Shown here piece by piece: positions 31,274 to 41,984 of a stretch of 64,000 nucleotides of DNA (the first letter of the stretch is position 1; each line of letters opens with the position of its first letter). The notes beneath the pieces are model-generated. The model saw nothing but the letters and a program-made list of their open reading frames with translations. It was not told the origin of the DNA and made no database searches. This DNA comes from Bacteroidales bacterium (lineage in GTDB: Bacteria > Bacteroidota > Bacteroidia > Bacteroidales > Paludibacteraceae). A program made the position numbers and the translations under genes. The stretch covers positions 4,082 through 68,081 of the forward strand of contig JAATGT010000033.1 in NCBI GenBank assembly GCA_015654525.1, read 5' to 3'.

Positions 31274-31347
31274 AAAAAGAATTAGCAATTGAATTTATAG
31301 CGCAAATGTATGAAATTATTACGTCTTACAGAAAGATAAAACGTGAT

Positions 31348-31457
31348 GTTATCAATCCGCGCCCATCCAGTGAACATTTACACCCCATAGGTTATCAAAT
31401 ACAACCACCGATAGCAACATTGAACCCTATTCAGATGAATTCTGTAGTGTATATTTG
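31348..31457 (+). promoter_or_regulatory. Promoter of GH31-susCD operon: four 21-22-bp-phased sites plus -7 box TATATTTG
   Basis: GTTATCAA...AACATT occurs twice at a 43-bp period; -7 box at 31450-31457. Confidence 0.7.
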
Positions 31458-31517
31458 CATAACCTTAAATGTGGGATTCCTCTTTATTAGAATACTGTAA
31501 AAACTATTATAGAAATC

Positions 31518-34367
31518 ATGATCAGGTATAAATTAATTGTGTTGTTTTGTTGCATTGCATCGGTGGTAGGATGCAATTGTGCTAACTTTCAGAAAATGCC
31601 AGATGGCATTCTTATTTCATTAAATCAGTCTTCACCAGAAGCTGTAAGAACAATTCGTTTACAAGTTGTAAATAATGACATCATTCATGTTACAGCTTCT
31701 CCCTCAAAAAAACTTCCCGAAACGCAGAGCCTCATTACAGCTTATGTCAAAACACAACAAAATGGATGGCAGGTTTCCGAAAAAAATGAAACAGTAGTTT
31801 TGGAAACAGTAACTACGAAAGTATTTGTATCATTAAAGACCGGAGAAATCAAATTTACCGATCTGAAAGGAAACGTAATTCTTCAGGAGCAACGTGGTGG
31901 AGGGAAAACATTCAAACCAATTGAAGTTGAAGGTAAATCAGGTTACACTTTCCGTCAGGTATTCGAATCGCCAGCTGATGAAGCATTTTACGGTTTGGGT
32001 CAACATCAGTCAGATGAGTTTAATTATAAAGGGAAAAATGAGGAGTTATTTCAATACAACACCAAAGTTTCCATTCCATTTATTGTCTCCAATAAAAACT
32101 ATGGAGTTCTTTGGGATAATTACTCATTCAGTCGCTTCGGTGACCCGCGCCCTTACGTAAATTTGGATCAATTCAGATTGTTCGATAAAAACGGAAAAGA
32201 AGGGGGACTTACCGCTACTTACATGGCTGACAAAACGTCTAAAAATATTTCCCTTGAAAGAGCAGAATCATCCGTTGACTACGAGAATATTCAAACCATA
32301 AAAAACTTTCCCAAAGACTTTCCTCTCAACAATGCTGCAGTTACCTGGCAGGGTGAAATCCAGCCTAAAGAAAGTGGAATTTTCAGATTTATATTGTACT
32401 ATGCCGGATATACTAAGGTTTATATTGATGATAGCTTGGTTGTGGCCGAACGTTGGCGTACAGCCTGGAATCCGAATAGTTATAAATTTTCGATTAAATT
32501 GTCAGCCGAGAAGAAACACAGACTTCGCATAGAATGGCTTCCTGACGGCGGAATTTCGTATATTGGACTAAAAGCATTGAGTCCGGTTTCCGACCAGGAA
32601 CAAACTAAACTTTCCTTGTGGTCCGAAATGGGGCAACAGCTGGATTACTACTTTATACGTGGAAATAATCCCGATGAGGTTATCAGCGGCTATCGCACCG
32701 TCACCGGCAAGGCACAAATAATGCCTAAGTGGGCCATGGGCTTTTGGCAAAGCCGTGAACGTTATAAAACACAAACAGAAATTATTGATGCACTCAAAGA
32801 ATTCCGTCGTCGCGAAATCCCAATAGATAATATTGTTCTTGATTGGAATTATTGGCCCGAAACGGCATGGGGAAGTCATGAATTTGACAAAAGCCGTTTC
32901 CCGAATCCAAAAGGAATGGTTGATTCCATCCATGCTCTCGACGCAAAGATTATGATTTCAGTTTGGCCTAAATTCTACCAAACCACCGAGCATTTCAAAG
33001 AGTTTGAAAGTAAAGGCTGGATGTATATGCAAGCTATAAAGGATAGTATTCGCGATTGGGTAGGTCCGGGTTATATAGGTTCATTTTACGATGCTTATTC
33101 GGCAGATGCCCGTAAATTGTTCTGGAAACAAATGAAAGAACATCTTTATACACTGGGCATCGATGCATGGTGGATGGATGCCAGTGAACCAAACGTTCGT
33201 GATTGTACTGATATGCCTTACCGCAAAGCATTGTGTGGACCAACTGCACTTGGTCCATCAACGGAATATTTTAATGCCTATGCTTTAATGAATGCTGAAG
33301 CCATTTATGATGGACAGCGCGGTACAGATAATAATAAACGTGTGTTTCTGCTCACCCGTTCGGGCTTTGCCGGCCTGCAACGTTATTCGACTGCAACCTG
33401 GAGTGGCGACATTGCTACGCGCTGGGAAGATATGAAAGCACAAATTTCAGCCGGTATTAATTTCTCCATCAGTGGCGTCCCATACTGGACCATGGATAAT
33501 GGCGGTTTCTGTGTAGAAAAGCGTTACGAACAGGCCAAAGAGGGATCGGAAGATTTAAATGAATGGCGAGAGCTAAATGTTCGCTGGCATCAATTTGGTG
33601 CATTTGTACCCTTATTTCGCACCCATGGACAATTCCCATATCGTGAGCTATGGAATATTGCTCCGGATAATCATCCTGCTTACAAAACAATGTTATACTA
33701 TACGCAATTGCGTTATCGTTTGATGCCATACATCTACACCATGGCAGGAATGAGTCATTTCAACGATTTCACGATTATGCGTGCATTGATGATGGACTAT
33801 TCAACCGATAAGAATGTGTTGGATATCAGTGACCAGTATATGTTCGGAAAAGAATTAATGATATGCCCGGTTTATCAATACAAAGCCCGCACCCGTGAAG
33901 TTTATTTTCCCAAAGAGACCGGATGGTATAACCTCTATAATGGAAAATACACAGCAGGTGGTCAAAAACAAATGGTAGATGCAGCCTATGACAGAATGCC
34001 AATATATGTTGCAGCCGGAAGTATTTTGCCTATGGGGAAAGTAATTCAAAACACGACGCAAGCTCAAATAGATCTGACATTGTACGTTTATGCCGGTAAA
34101 AACGGAACTTTTACCTTATATGAAGATGAAAACATAAATTACAATTACGAAAGAGATGCCAGCGCAACAATTAAATTTACATACGATGATAGAAATAAAA
34201 TAGTAACCATTGCCGATAGAAAGGGTAGTTTTAAGGGAATGACAAAAGAACGCAATATCAGCATTATTTTAGTTCAGGCGAATAATCCTGTTGGTATTGA
34301 CTCACCTACAAAAGATGAAAAAACCATACATTATACTGGAAGTAACATTTCAGTAAGCTTTAAATAA
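31518..34367 (+). CDS. GH31 alpha-xylosidase with PA14 domain (BoGH31A-like)
   Basis: YGLGQHQ, PA14 insert (WRTAWNP), WWMDASEP, WSGD, WTMDNGGF. Confidence 0.9.
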   Translation: MIRYKLIVLFCCIASVVGCNCANFQKMPDGILISLNQSSPEAVRTIRLQVVNNDIIHVTASPSKKLPETQSLITAYVKTQQNGWQVSEKNETVVLETVTTKVFVSLKTGEIKFTDLKGNVILQEQRGGGKTFKPIEVEGKSGYTFRQVFESPADEAFYGLGQHQSDEFNYKGKNEELFQYNTKVSIPFIVSNKNYGVLWDNYSFSRFGDPRPYVNLDQFRLFDKNGKEGGLTATYMADKTSKNISLERAESSVDYENIQTIKNFPKDFPLNNAAVTWQGEIQPKESGIFRFILYYAGYTKVYIDDSLVVAERWRTAWNPNSYKFSIKLSAEKKHRLRIEWLPDGGISYIGLKALSPVSDQEQTKLSLWSEMGQQLDYYFIRGNNPDEVISGYRTVTGKAQIMPKWAMGFWQSRERYKTQTEIIDALKEFRRREIPIDNIVLDWNYWPETAWGSHEFDKSRFPNPKGMVDSIHALDAKIMISVWPKFYQTTEHFKEFESKGWMYMQAIKDSIRDWVGPGYIGSFYDAYSADARKLFWKQMKEHLYTLGIDAWWMDASEPNVRDCTDMPYRKALCGPTALGPSTEYFNAYALMNAEAIYDGQRGTDNNKRVFLLTRSGFAGLQRYSTATWSGDIATRWEDMKAQISAGINFSISGVPYWTMDNGGFCVEKRYEQAKEGSEDLNEWRELNVRWHQFGAFVPLFRTHGQFPYRELWNIAPDNHPAYKTMLYYTQLRYRLMPYIYTMAGMSHFNDFTIMRALMMDYSTDKNVLDISDQYMFGKELMICPVYQYKARTREVYFPKETGWYNLYNGKYTAGGQKQMVDAAYDRMPIYVAAGSILPMGKVIQNTTQAQIDLTLYVYAGKNGTFTLYEDENINYNYERDASATIKFTYDDRNKIVTIADRKGSFKGMTKERNISIILVQANNPVGIDSPTKDEKTIHYTGSNISVSFK

Positions 34368-34418
34368 CAACAACCAAATAAACAACAACCAATTATTAAT
34401 TTTAAATTAAAATGAATT

Positions 34419-37400
34419 ATGAATGAAAATCACGTGATTCAATGTATTCGGAGGGTTTCAAGAAACCTTTTGAATAAGTATGCAATCCTCGCAGTGATGC
34501 TATGTTCTTTTGGAATAGCCACGGCGCAGAATGCTAATGGGAAAGTTTCTGGAACAGTTTTATCTGCAACAAACGGTGAGCCACTTATCGGTGTAAGCGT
34601 TATGGTAGTGGGGACAAACTCGGGATCGGTAACAGACTTTAATGGTGTCTTTGAAGTTCCGGCAAAAGCAGGACAAGCAATTAAATTCTCTTACATCGGC
34701 TTTTTAGGGCAGGAAGTAAAAGTTAGCGGAACCAAAATAACTATTCGCTTAAAAGAAGATCAACGATCTTTAGATGAGGTAGTCGTTATGGGTTATGGGG
34801 TGCAAAAGAAAAAATTAGTCACCGGCGCAACCGTATCTGTAAAAGGTGAAGATCTTCAAAAGATGAACACCACTAATGCTATGCAGGCCTTACAAGGACA
34901 AACTGCAGGTGTAAACATTACATCTACTTCAGGTCAACCGGGTGGTGGTTTTAAAGTGAATATCCGCGGAGCAGGTACAATTGGGAATGCAAGCCCAATT
35001 TACGTTGTAGATGGAGTAATAAGTAGTGACATAACTTACTTAAACAATTCAGATATTGCATCTATTGACATATTAAAAGATGCTGCATCTTGTGCTATCT
35101 ATGGTGTAAATGGAGCTAATGGTGTAGTATTGATTACGACTAAAACTGGGAGCTCTGGAAGTAAAAAAGGATGGCAAATTTCATTTGATGCCTACTATGG
35201 TATTCAAAATGCTGCTCGTAAAACAAATATGTTGAATTCACAACAATATGCTACAATTCAAAATGAGGCGGCAATTAACTCGGGTAAATCACCTCTCTTC
35301 ACACAATCGCAAATTACAGCATTGGGTACCGGAACAAACTGGTTGGATCAAATGATCTCGAAAGATGTACCAACTCAGAATTATAGTTTGTCTTCTACTG
35401 GAGGTAACGCAACTTCTACCTATTCATTAGGTCTTTCTTACACTGAACAAGGTGGTATCATTGGTGGTAGCAGCCTTTCGGATTACAAGCGCTATAACTT
35501 CCGTTCAAATACTGAACATTCAATGTATGATAATGCATTGAAAGTTGGCGAACATTTAACTTTTTCGTTTATAAATCAACGCGGTATAAGTGACGGTGGT
35601 GTATACAGTAATTCTCTTCGAGGAGCTTTATCAACGAGTCCACTACTAGCAATGTATGATGCAAATGGTAATTATTTGAATAGTCAGAATTCAACAGTAT
35701 ATAATGGTGGAGCATGGTACACTGGTGAAGCAAATCCTTATGCTTTAATGCAGCTAAATAACCAAAATAATACGAAAAGTCAAAAATTAATTGGGGATGT
35801 GTATGCAGAACTTCAGCCTATTAAGAATTTGAAAATTAAATCAACGTTTGGTTTTAACTATTATTCATCAGCATATCATAGTTACTCTCCTAGCTACTCC
35901 AATTTATCCCTTTATTCGTACAGAGATTACGAAACTATTAGTCAAAGTGCTTCCCAAAATTATACTTGGAACTGGGATAATACAATTAATTACTTATTTC
36001 AAATAAACGACCATAAGTTTGATGTTTTGGCAGGTAGCTCGGTACGAAAATATCAAGGTTCATGGATGAGTGGATCTAATACAGGCACGACTTTATTTGG
36101 AAATTTTAATAGTAGCTATTTAAGTACATCAGAAATAACAAGCTATACGATGAGTGGAAGTTCTGATGATGCAGATAAACAAACTCTCACACACTCACTT
36201 TCGTTAACGGGGAATGCTAATGCTGTATATGCACAAGCATCTTTTTTCGGACGAATAAATTATAACTACAAAGAAACCTACATGGCTTCTGCTATTATGC
36301 GTGCTGATGGATCTACAAGATTTGCTAAAGGTCAACAATGGGGTTACTTTCCGTCTTTATCCGGCGGCTGGGTCGCAAGTAACGAAGCGTTTATGGAATC
36401 TACTAAAAACTGGATGGACTTCCTGAAAGTCCGTGCCAGTTGGGGTACGAATGGTAATGATGCTATTACCTCTTTCAATTACCTTTCATTAATCTCATTA
36501 TCAAATGCCCAATATAATTTTGGGAGTGACAATTCGACTTTAACAGCGGGTTCATATCCTTCAACAGTGGGTGTAGAAAAGACAAAATGGGAAACTTCTT
36601 ATCAAACCAATATTGGTTTTGATGCTCGGTTTCTAAATAGCAAATTAAATTTAAGCGTCGATTTATATAATAAAACCACTAAAAATTGGTTGATTGCGGC
36701 TCCATTATTGGCTACTGCCGGTGTTTCTACTAGTCCATATATTAATGGTGGTGACGTTACCAACAAGGGGATAGAACTTCAATTGTCTTATAACAATAAT
36801 ATTGGTAAAGATTTTAGCTATTCTATATCCGGTTCATATGCTTATAACAAAAACGTAGTAAATAATATCCCGACTGATGACGGTATTATCCATGGAGGTA
36901 CAGGTCTTTTATATGACAACTCACCTGAATTTTTCCGTGCATCAGCAGGAGAGCCTATTGGTTATTTCTGGGGTTATAAAACAGCCGGTATTTTCCAAAA
37001 TGAGGCAGAAGTACAATCATATAAAAGTAATGGAAAGGTTTTACAACCAAGCGCCGTACCCGGTGATGTAAAATATGTAGATGTGAACGGTGATGGCACA
37101 ATCACATCTGCTGATAAAACCAATATCGGGGACCCAAATCCCCATCATGTTTTCGGATTAAGTCTTTCTTGCAATTACAAAAACTTTGATCTTGGAGTAA
37201 GTATGAATGGAGTAGCTGGTAATAAGATTGTTCAATCATACCGGAACATAGCAAATAGCTATGGTAACTGGACTACTGCTATTCTTAACCGTTGGCATGG
37301 TGAGGGGACATCAAATACAGTTCCTCGCGTAACCCAAGATAATGCAAATTGGGCTGAGTTTTCTGATTTATATGTTCAGAGTGGAAGCTATTTAAGAATA

Positions 37401-37640
37401 TCAAATGTGACATTTGGTTACGACTTTGCGAAGTTAATTAAATGGAAAAATCTAAGCCAATTTCACTTATATATAGCTGCTACAAACTTATTTACATTTA
37501 CCAAGTATGATGGAATGGATCCTGAAGTTGGTAATTCCGGATCGGATGCTAGCGGTGTTTATTCCTTTGGTCAGGGAGTCGACGTAGGTACGTACCCTCG
37601 ATCACGAACATTTTTAATGGGCGTTAATGTTAAATTCTAA
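34419..37640 (+). CDS. susC: SusC-like TonB-dependent transporter
   Basis: EPLIGVSV, LDEVVVMGYG, ILKDAASCAIYG, RADGSTRF, KWET, C-terminal YPRSRTFLMGVNVKF. Confidence 0.95.
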   Translation: MNENHVIQCIRRVSRNLLNKYAILAVMLCSFGIATAQNANGKVSGTVLSATNGEPLIGVSVMVVGTNSGSVTDFNGVFEVPAKAGQAIKFSYIGFLGQEVKVSGTKITIRLKEDQRSLDEVVVMGYGVQKKKLVTGATVSVKGEDLQKMNTTNAMQALQGQTAGVNITSTSGQPGGGFKVNIRGAGTIGNASPIYVVDGVISSDITYLNNSDIASIDILKDAASCAIYGVNGANGVVLITTKTGSSGSKKGWQISFDAYYGIQNAARKTNMLNSQQYATIQNEAAINSGKSPLFTQSQITALGTGTNWLDQMISKDVPTQNYSLSSTGGNATSTYSLGLSYTEQGGIIGGSSLSDYKRYNFRSNTEHSMYDNALKVGEHLTFSFINQRGISDGGVYSNSLRGALSTSPLLAMYDANGNYLNSQNSTVYNGGAWYTGEANPYALMQLNNQNNTKSQKLIGDVYAELQPIKNLKIKSTFGFNYYSSAYHSYSPSYSNLSLYSYRDYETISQSASQNYTWNWDNTINYLFQINDHKFDVLAGSSVRKYQGSWMSGSNTGTTLFGNFNSSYLSTSEITSYTMSGSSDDADKQTLTHSLSLTGNANAVYAQASFFGRINYNYKETYMASAIMRADGSTRFAKGQQWGYFPSLSGGWVASNEAFMESTKNWMDFLKVRASWGTNGNDAITSFNYLSLISLSNAQYNFGSDNSTLTAGSYPSTVGVEKTKWETSYQTNIGFDARFLNSKLNLSVDLYNKTTKNWLIAAPLLATAGVSTSPYINGGDVTNKGIELQLSYNNNIGKDFSYSISGSYAYNKNVVNNIPTDDGIIHGGTGLLYDNSPEFFRASAGEPIGYFWGYKTAGIFQNEAEVQSYKSNGKVLQPSAVPGDVKYVDVNGDGTITSADKTNIGDPNPHHVFGLSLSCNYKNFDLGVSMNGVAGNKIVQSYRNIANSYGNWTTAILNRWHGEGTSNTVPRVTQDNANWAEFSDLYVQSGSYLRISNVTFGYDFAKLIKWKNLSQFHLYIAATNLFTFTKYDGMDPEVGNSGSDASGVYSFGQGVDVGTYPRSRTFLMGVNVKF

Positions 37641-37658
37641 TTTTTAAGAGATACAGAT

Positions 37659-39245
37659 ATGAAAAAATATAAAATTATCGCACTTGCAATTACTGCAATG
37701 ATTGCATTCAATTCGTGCAGTGATTTCCTCACTACAACGTTGACAGATCCAAAAATAACCAGTGAGAACTATTACAAGACTCCTACAGAAGCTAGTACAG
37801 CTTTAGTGGGTTGCTACAATGGATTAAATTTGCTATGGCAAGGAGGAGTCTCTTTTCCTGTGGCATCAGAAGTTTTTTCCGACAACTGCTTTGGTGGTAC
37901 CGGTGCATCTGATGGATATGGATATCAAATGTTAGACGAGTTTAATAAAACGATTTCACCATCAGATGTATCAACTTATAGTAGCAACTGGAAAGCTTAT
38001 TATCAAGCAATCTACCGTTGCAATCTATTAATTAGTAAATTGGATCAAGTTACTTGGGGAGACAGTACAGCATTAAGACCAAAAATTGAAGCGGAAGCTA
38101 AATTTATTCGTGCATATTGTTATTTCGATATGGTTCGTTTATGGGAAAAAGTACCTTTATTGACTGTCCCATCAACCGACAACATAGCTCAAGCTGAACC
38201 CGCTGAAACTTATGCACAAATCATGAGCGACTTACGTTTTGCGTCAGATAATTTGGCTTCTACTATTTATTCAAATACTACAAGTGGTAGGGTGACAAAA
38301 TGGGCTGCTGAATCTTTATTAGCTCGTGTTTATTTATTCTATACAGGTTACTATGGTGCAACTGAAATCGGCGGTGAAACTAAAGCCACTGCTTTAGCAG
38401 CAGTTGAAGATGTAATTTCAAATAGCGGCCATGGTTTGGTTAGTGATTTTACTACTTTATGGCCGGCTGCTTCAACAGCTAAAGGAGTTACATATGCCGG
38501 TGAAGATAACAAAGAAGTTGTTTTCTCTATCAAATACTCTTCAACTCAAGATTACAATGGAAATATTACAGGTAATAGATGGATGGTTATGGAAGGTATT
38601 CGTGAAGAATCTCATTATCCATATCAATATGGTTGGGGAGCTTGTACCGTAGATCCAATACTTTGGAATGCATTTACTTCTACTGATTCTCGGCGTTTTG
38701 CATCCATAATTTCTATTGCAGATGAGAGCATTGCATACACAAAGTCTGCTAGTAATAGGGAATACACGGGTTACTACTTGAAGAAATACAGCCCGATGTG
38801 CGATATTAATGGAAAATCTATTGCCACTGATTTCCAAATTAGTCAAGATCAAGATTATTTTGTCATTCGCTATTCCGATGTTCTATTGATGGCTGCCGAA
38901 CTAGGAAGTGCAAATGCTGCAAGTTATTACAACTTGGTTCATCAACGGGCCGTACCAACAGCTACTGCTGTAAGTTCTGTGACAAATGCAGATATTTTGG
39001 CTGAACGTCGATTGGAATTCGTAGGTGAAGGTATCCGTTATTGGGATTTGCTACGGCAAGGTATCTCTACTGCTGCTTCAACAATTGTTGCAAACACAAC
39101 CTTTTCGTATTTTAATAATGGTGGTACTGCACCAACAGCAGCTCAATTACAAGCCAATATAACAACTACACGCGGATTTCAACAAGTACCAAACGATCAA
39201 ATTACTTTGTCGTCTGGAGTTTTAGTTCAAAATGTTGGTTGGTAA
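37659..39245 (+). CDS. susD: SusD-like lipoprotein
   Basis: Lipobox FNSC, EAKFIRAYCYF, RYSDVLLMAAE, ERRLEFVGEG, QNVGW. Confidence 0.95.
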   Translation: MKKYKIIALAITAMIAFNSCSDFLTTTLTDPKITSENYYKTPTEASTALVGCYNGLNLLWQGGVSFPVASEVFSDNCFGGTGASDGYGYQMLDEFNKTISPSDVSTYSSNWKAYYQAIYRCNLLISKLDQVTWGDSTALRPKIEAEAKFIRAYCYFDMVRLWEKVPLLTVPSTDNIAQAEPAETYAQIMSDLRFASDNLASTIYSNTTSGRVTKWAAESLLARVYLFYTGYYGATEIGGETKATALAAVEDVISNSGHGLVSDFTTLWPAASTAKGVTYAGEDNKEVVFSIKYSSTQDYNGNITGNRWMVMEGIREESHYPYQYGWGACTVDPILWNAFTSTDSRRFASIISIADESIAYTKSASNREYTGYYLKKYSPMCDINGKSIATDFQISQDQDYFVIRYSDVLLMAAELGSANAASYYNLVHQRAVPTATAVSSVTNADILAERRLEFVGEGIRYWDLLRQGISTAASTIVANTTFSYFNNGGTAPTAAQLQANITTTRGFQQVPNDQITLSSGVLVQNVGW

Positions 39246-39276
39246 CAATTATTTAATAATGTAAATATATACAGAC

Positions 39277-40212
39277 ATGAAAAATAAATTAAAAATATTA
39301 TATCCATTGTTTGGGTTGGTACTGTTATTCACAGCTTGTACCCCCGATAATCCTGAATTGGGAGCTCTATTGGACAAAAGCAAATTATCGTTTACAGTAG
39401 CAGCTTCGTCTGAAAATGCCAATGATATTGTTCTGACAAGTTTAACCCCAAATGCCACTCCAATGTGGGTTACTCCGTATGGTCGTTCAACCCGTGTGAA
39501 AGATACTGTCAACATTGCTTTCCCCGGAATATATAAATTTGTTTATGGGGTAGAAAGTGCAGGTGGCTTTGTTCAGGCTGATACTACAGTTATAACAGTA
39601 AGCACAGTGGACAAAAATGCTGTAAGCGGTGCTATGTGGGTTAATCTAGCTGGAGGATACGGCAATGAAAAAACATGGTATCTCGATCTGGATGCAAACA
39701 AAAAAAGTAAATATTGGACTGGTCCGATGTATTATTACGGAACAGAAGATTCATGGGCAAGTCTCGCATTGTATGCAGCCGGATACACAACAGCTCAAGT
39801 TAAAACCGCATTAGGTATTTCGGACACTTGGAACTGGTCTCCTTCTTACTCGGGAAATACATGGTTAATGGCTGCAGTTGATTTTGGGTCTATGACTTTC
39901 AACCTGAAAAACGGACCTTACGCTACTGTAAATCATACATCAACTACGAATGGTATTACTATGGGTGGTCAGCAATCAGGAACTTATATGCTTGATGAAA
40001 CCAATCATACCATTAAACTGACTGATGTTACACTTATTCACCCATATGAATATGATGGCAAAGTAAAAACATGGGGTGGCTTGTTGAAGATATTCTCATT
40101 AACAGCAAACTCCATGCAGATAGGCGTTTTACGGGATAAAGCTTTGTCAGGAGAAGATGCATGTTATTACGTATATAACTTTGTAAGTAAAGATTATTAC
40201 GATGCACATTAA
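39277..40212 (+). CDS. Surface glycan-binding lipoprotein (SusE/F position)
   Basis: Lipobox FTAC, PKD-like N-domain, Trp/Tyr-rich C-domain, directly after susD. Confidence 0.7.
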   Translation: MKNKLKILYPLFGLVLLFTACTPDNPELGALLDKSKLSFTVAASSENANDIVLTSLTPNATPMWVTPYGRSTRVKDTVNIAFPGIYKFVYGVESAGGFVQADTTVITVSTVDKNAVSGAMWVNLAGGYGNEKTWYLDLDANKKSKYWTGPMYYYGTEDSWASLALYAAGYTTAQVKTALGISDTWNWSPSYSGNTWLMAAVDFGSMTFNLKNGPYATVNHTSTTNGITMGGQQSGTYMLDETNHTIKLTDVTLIHPYEYDGKVKTWGGLLKIFSLTANSMQIGVLRDKALSGEDACYYVYNFVSKDYYDAH

Positions 40213-40231
40213 ATAGCATCAAATTAAATCT

Positions 40232-40262
40232 AATATGGGAAGAGTTTGACTCTTCCCATATT
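40232..40262 (+). terminator. Intra-operon stem-loop/terminator between the glycan-binding protein and GH5
   Basis: AATATGGGAAGAGT-ttg-ACTCTTCCCATATT, a perfect 14-bp stem. Confidence 0.75.
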
Positions 40263-40297
40263 TATAATTTATTAATTCTTATTTAACAAATTCAAAG

Positions 40298-41791
40298 ATG
40301 AGCAAGTGGATTACTAAATTTTTATTCGCAGTAGCGATTATTACTCTTTCAGTTTCATGCAAAGGGAATGAGTCGGTAGACTCCCCTGTAGTAACCGATC
40401 CTATCTTTACAGCTACTCCAGATACACTGAAATTTACCGGAGACGGAGGTAATGATACATTGACTGTAAACATGAATGGAAGTAACTGGGTTGTTGCTTC
40501 TAATCAAACATGGTGTAGCGTTTCATTCAACACATCATCAAAAACCAGTGACAAACTGATTGTTACTGCAGCTGAAAATACAACCAGCAGTGTCCGTACC
40601 GCAACACTTACCTTGATTATGGATCAAAAAACTACCGTATTGATTCAGGTAAAACAAGAAATAAAAAAAGTTACTTATCCCGATTACAGTAGCCCAATAG
40701 CGGGTGATGCAACCGGAATGTCTAGTGATGCTAAAACACTTGCTTCAAAAATGTTTGTAGGTTGGAATTTAGGCAATTCGCTCGAAGTTCCTAGTAGCGA
40801 AACAGCTTGGGGGAATCCAAAAGTTACACAACTTTTGATTGATTCTATAAAAGCAGCCGGAATTAATTCCATACGCATTCCTTGTGCATGGAATAGCTAT
40901 ATTGAAGATGCAAGTACGTGTAAAATAAAGGCATCGTGGCTGGCCCGGGTGAAAGAAGTGGTGGATTATTGCTATAAAAACAATATGTATGTTATTATTA
41001 ACATACACTATGATGATGGTTGGCTGGAAAATAATCCGACCTATGCCAAACAAGATGCAGTCAATGCTAAACAAAAAGCTCTTTGGGAGCAAATTGCAGT
41101 TTATTTCAGAGGATATGATGAGCATCTTCTTTTTGCAGGAACCAACGAGGTACATGCTGATTACAATGCACCAACAACCGAAAATAATACAGTTCAACAA
41201 TCTTATAATCAAACATTTGTGAATGCAGTACGGTCGACAGGTGGTAAGAATACTTACCGAAATCTGATTATTCAATCCTATAATACCAATATAGGATATG
41301 CTGTAAGTTATTTAAAAGTTTCTACCGATGCGATCTCCAATAAATTAATGGTGGAAGTGCATTATTATGATCCATGGGATTTCTGTGGAGATACCACCAG
41401 TAGCAGTATTTACCTTTGGGGTACAAGTTATACACAATATGGCTCAATCTCTACATGGGGACAAGAGAGTTATGTGCAATCTCAATTTCAAAGTATGAAA
41501 ACCAACTTTGTGGACAAAGGATATCCGGTTATTTTAGGAGAATTTGGTGCTATACGCCGTTCATCGTTAACTGGTACTACACTTCAGCACCATCTTGATT
41601 CAAGAGCATATTACTACCAATATGTTACCCAACAAGCAAAAAACTACGGTTTAGTCCCCTTTGTATGGGATAATGGATCCACAGCAAATAATGGTTTTGC
41701 CATTATTAATCGTGCAGATGGTACAACATTCGACCGTCAGACATTAAATTCATATATAGCGGGAGCTTCTGCGGGAGTTTATCCATATTAA
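40298..41791 (+). CDS. GH5 (subfamily 4-like) endo-xyloglucanase lipoprotein with BACON-like domain
   Basis: Lipobox VSC, BACON-like W..ASNQTWC...EN...RTA, GWNLGN, IRIP, TNE acid/base, HYYDP, ILGEFG. Confidence 0.88.
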   Translation: MSKWITKFLFAVAIITLSVSCKGNESVDSPVVTDPIFTATPDTLKFTGDGGNDTLTVNMNGSNWVVASNQTWCSVSFNTSSKTSDKLIVTAAENTTSSVRTATLTLIMDQKTTVLIQVKQEIKKVTYPDYSSPIAGDATGMSSDAKTLASKMFVGWNLGNSLEVPSSETAWGNPKVTQLLIDSIKAAGINSIRIPCAWNSYIEDASTCKIKASWLARVKEVVDYCYKNNMYVIINIHYDDGWLENNPTYAKQDAVNAKQKALWEQIAVYFRGYDEHLLFAGTNEVHADYNAPTTENNTVQQSYNQTFVNAVRSTGGKNTYRNLIIQSYNTNIGYAVSYLKVSTDAISNKLMVEVHYYDPWDFCGDTTSSSIYLWGTSYTQYGSISTWGQESYVQSQFQSMKTNFVDKGYPVILGEFGAIRRSSLTGTTLQHHLDSRAYYYQYVTQQAKNYGLVPFVWDNGSTANNGFAIINRADGTTFDRQTLNSYIAGASAGVYPY

Positions 41792-41879
41792 GTTCAAAAA
41801 AATATTTTTTCTCTGGTTAGGTAGGTTTAGTTTTTTAAAGTGAAGAGGGTGTTCAACAGTTGATTTCCCTTATTAAGGC

Positions 41880-41914
41880 AAGCAGGTCGATTCTCACGAA
41901 CCGACCTGCTTTTT
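41880..41914 (+). terminator. Intrinsic terminator ending the PUL
   Basis: AAGCAGGTCG...CGACCTGCTT followed by a T tract. Confidence 0.8.
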
Positions 41915-41984
41915 CATTTAAATTATTTTTTTATGGTCAAACAACTTTTTTCAGAATACCTCCGATTTACCGTTGCAAATATAT

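Noticed and set aside
34362-34395. AACAACAACCAA duplicated before susC
   Set aside because: Short low-complexity duplication in an A-rich intergenic region; no function can be supported.
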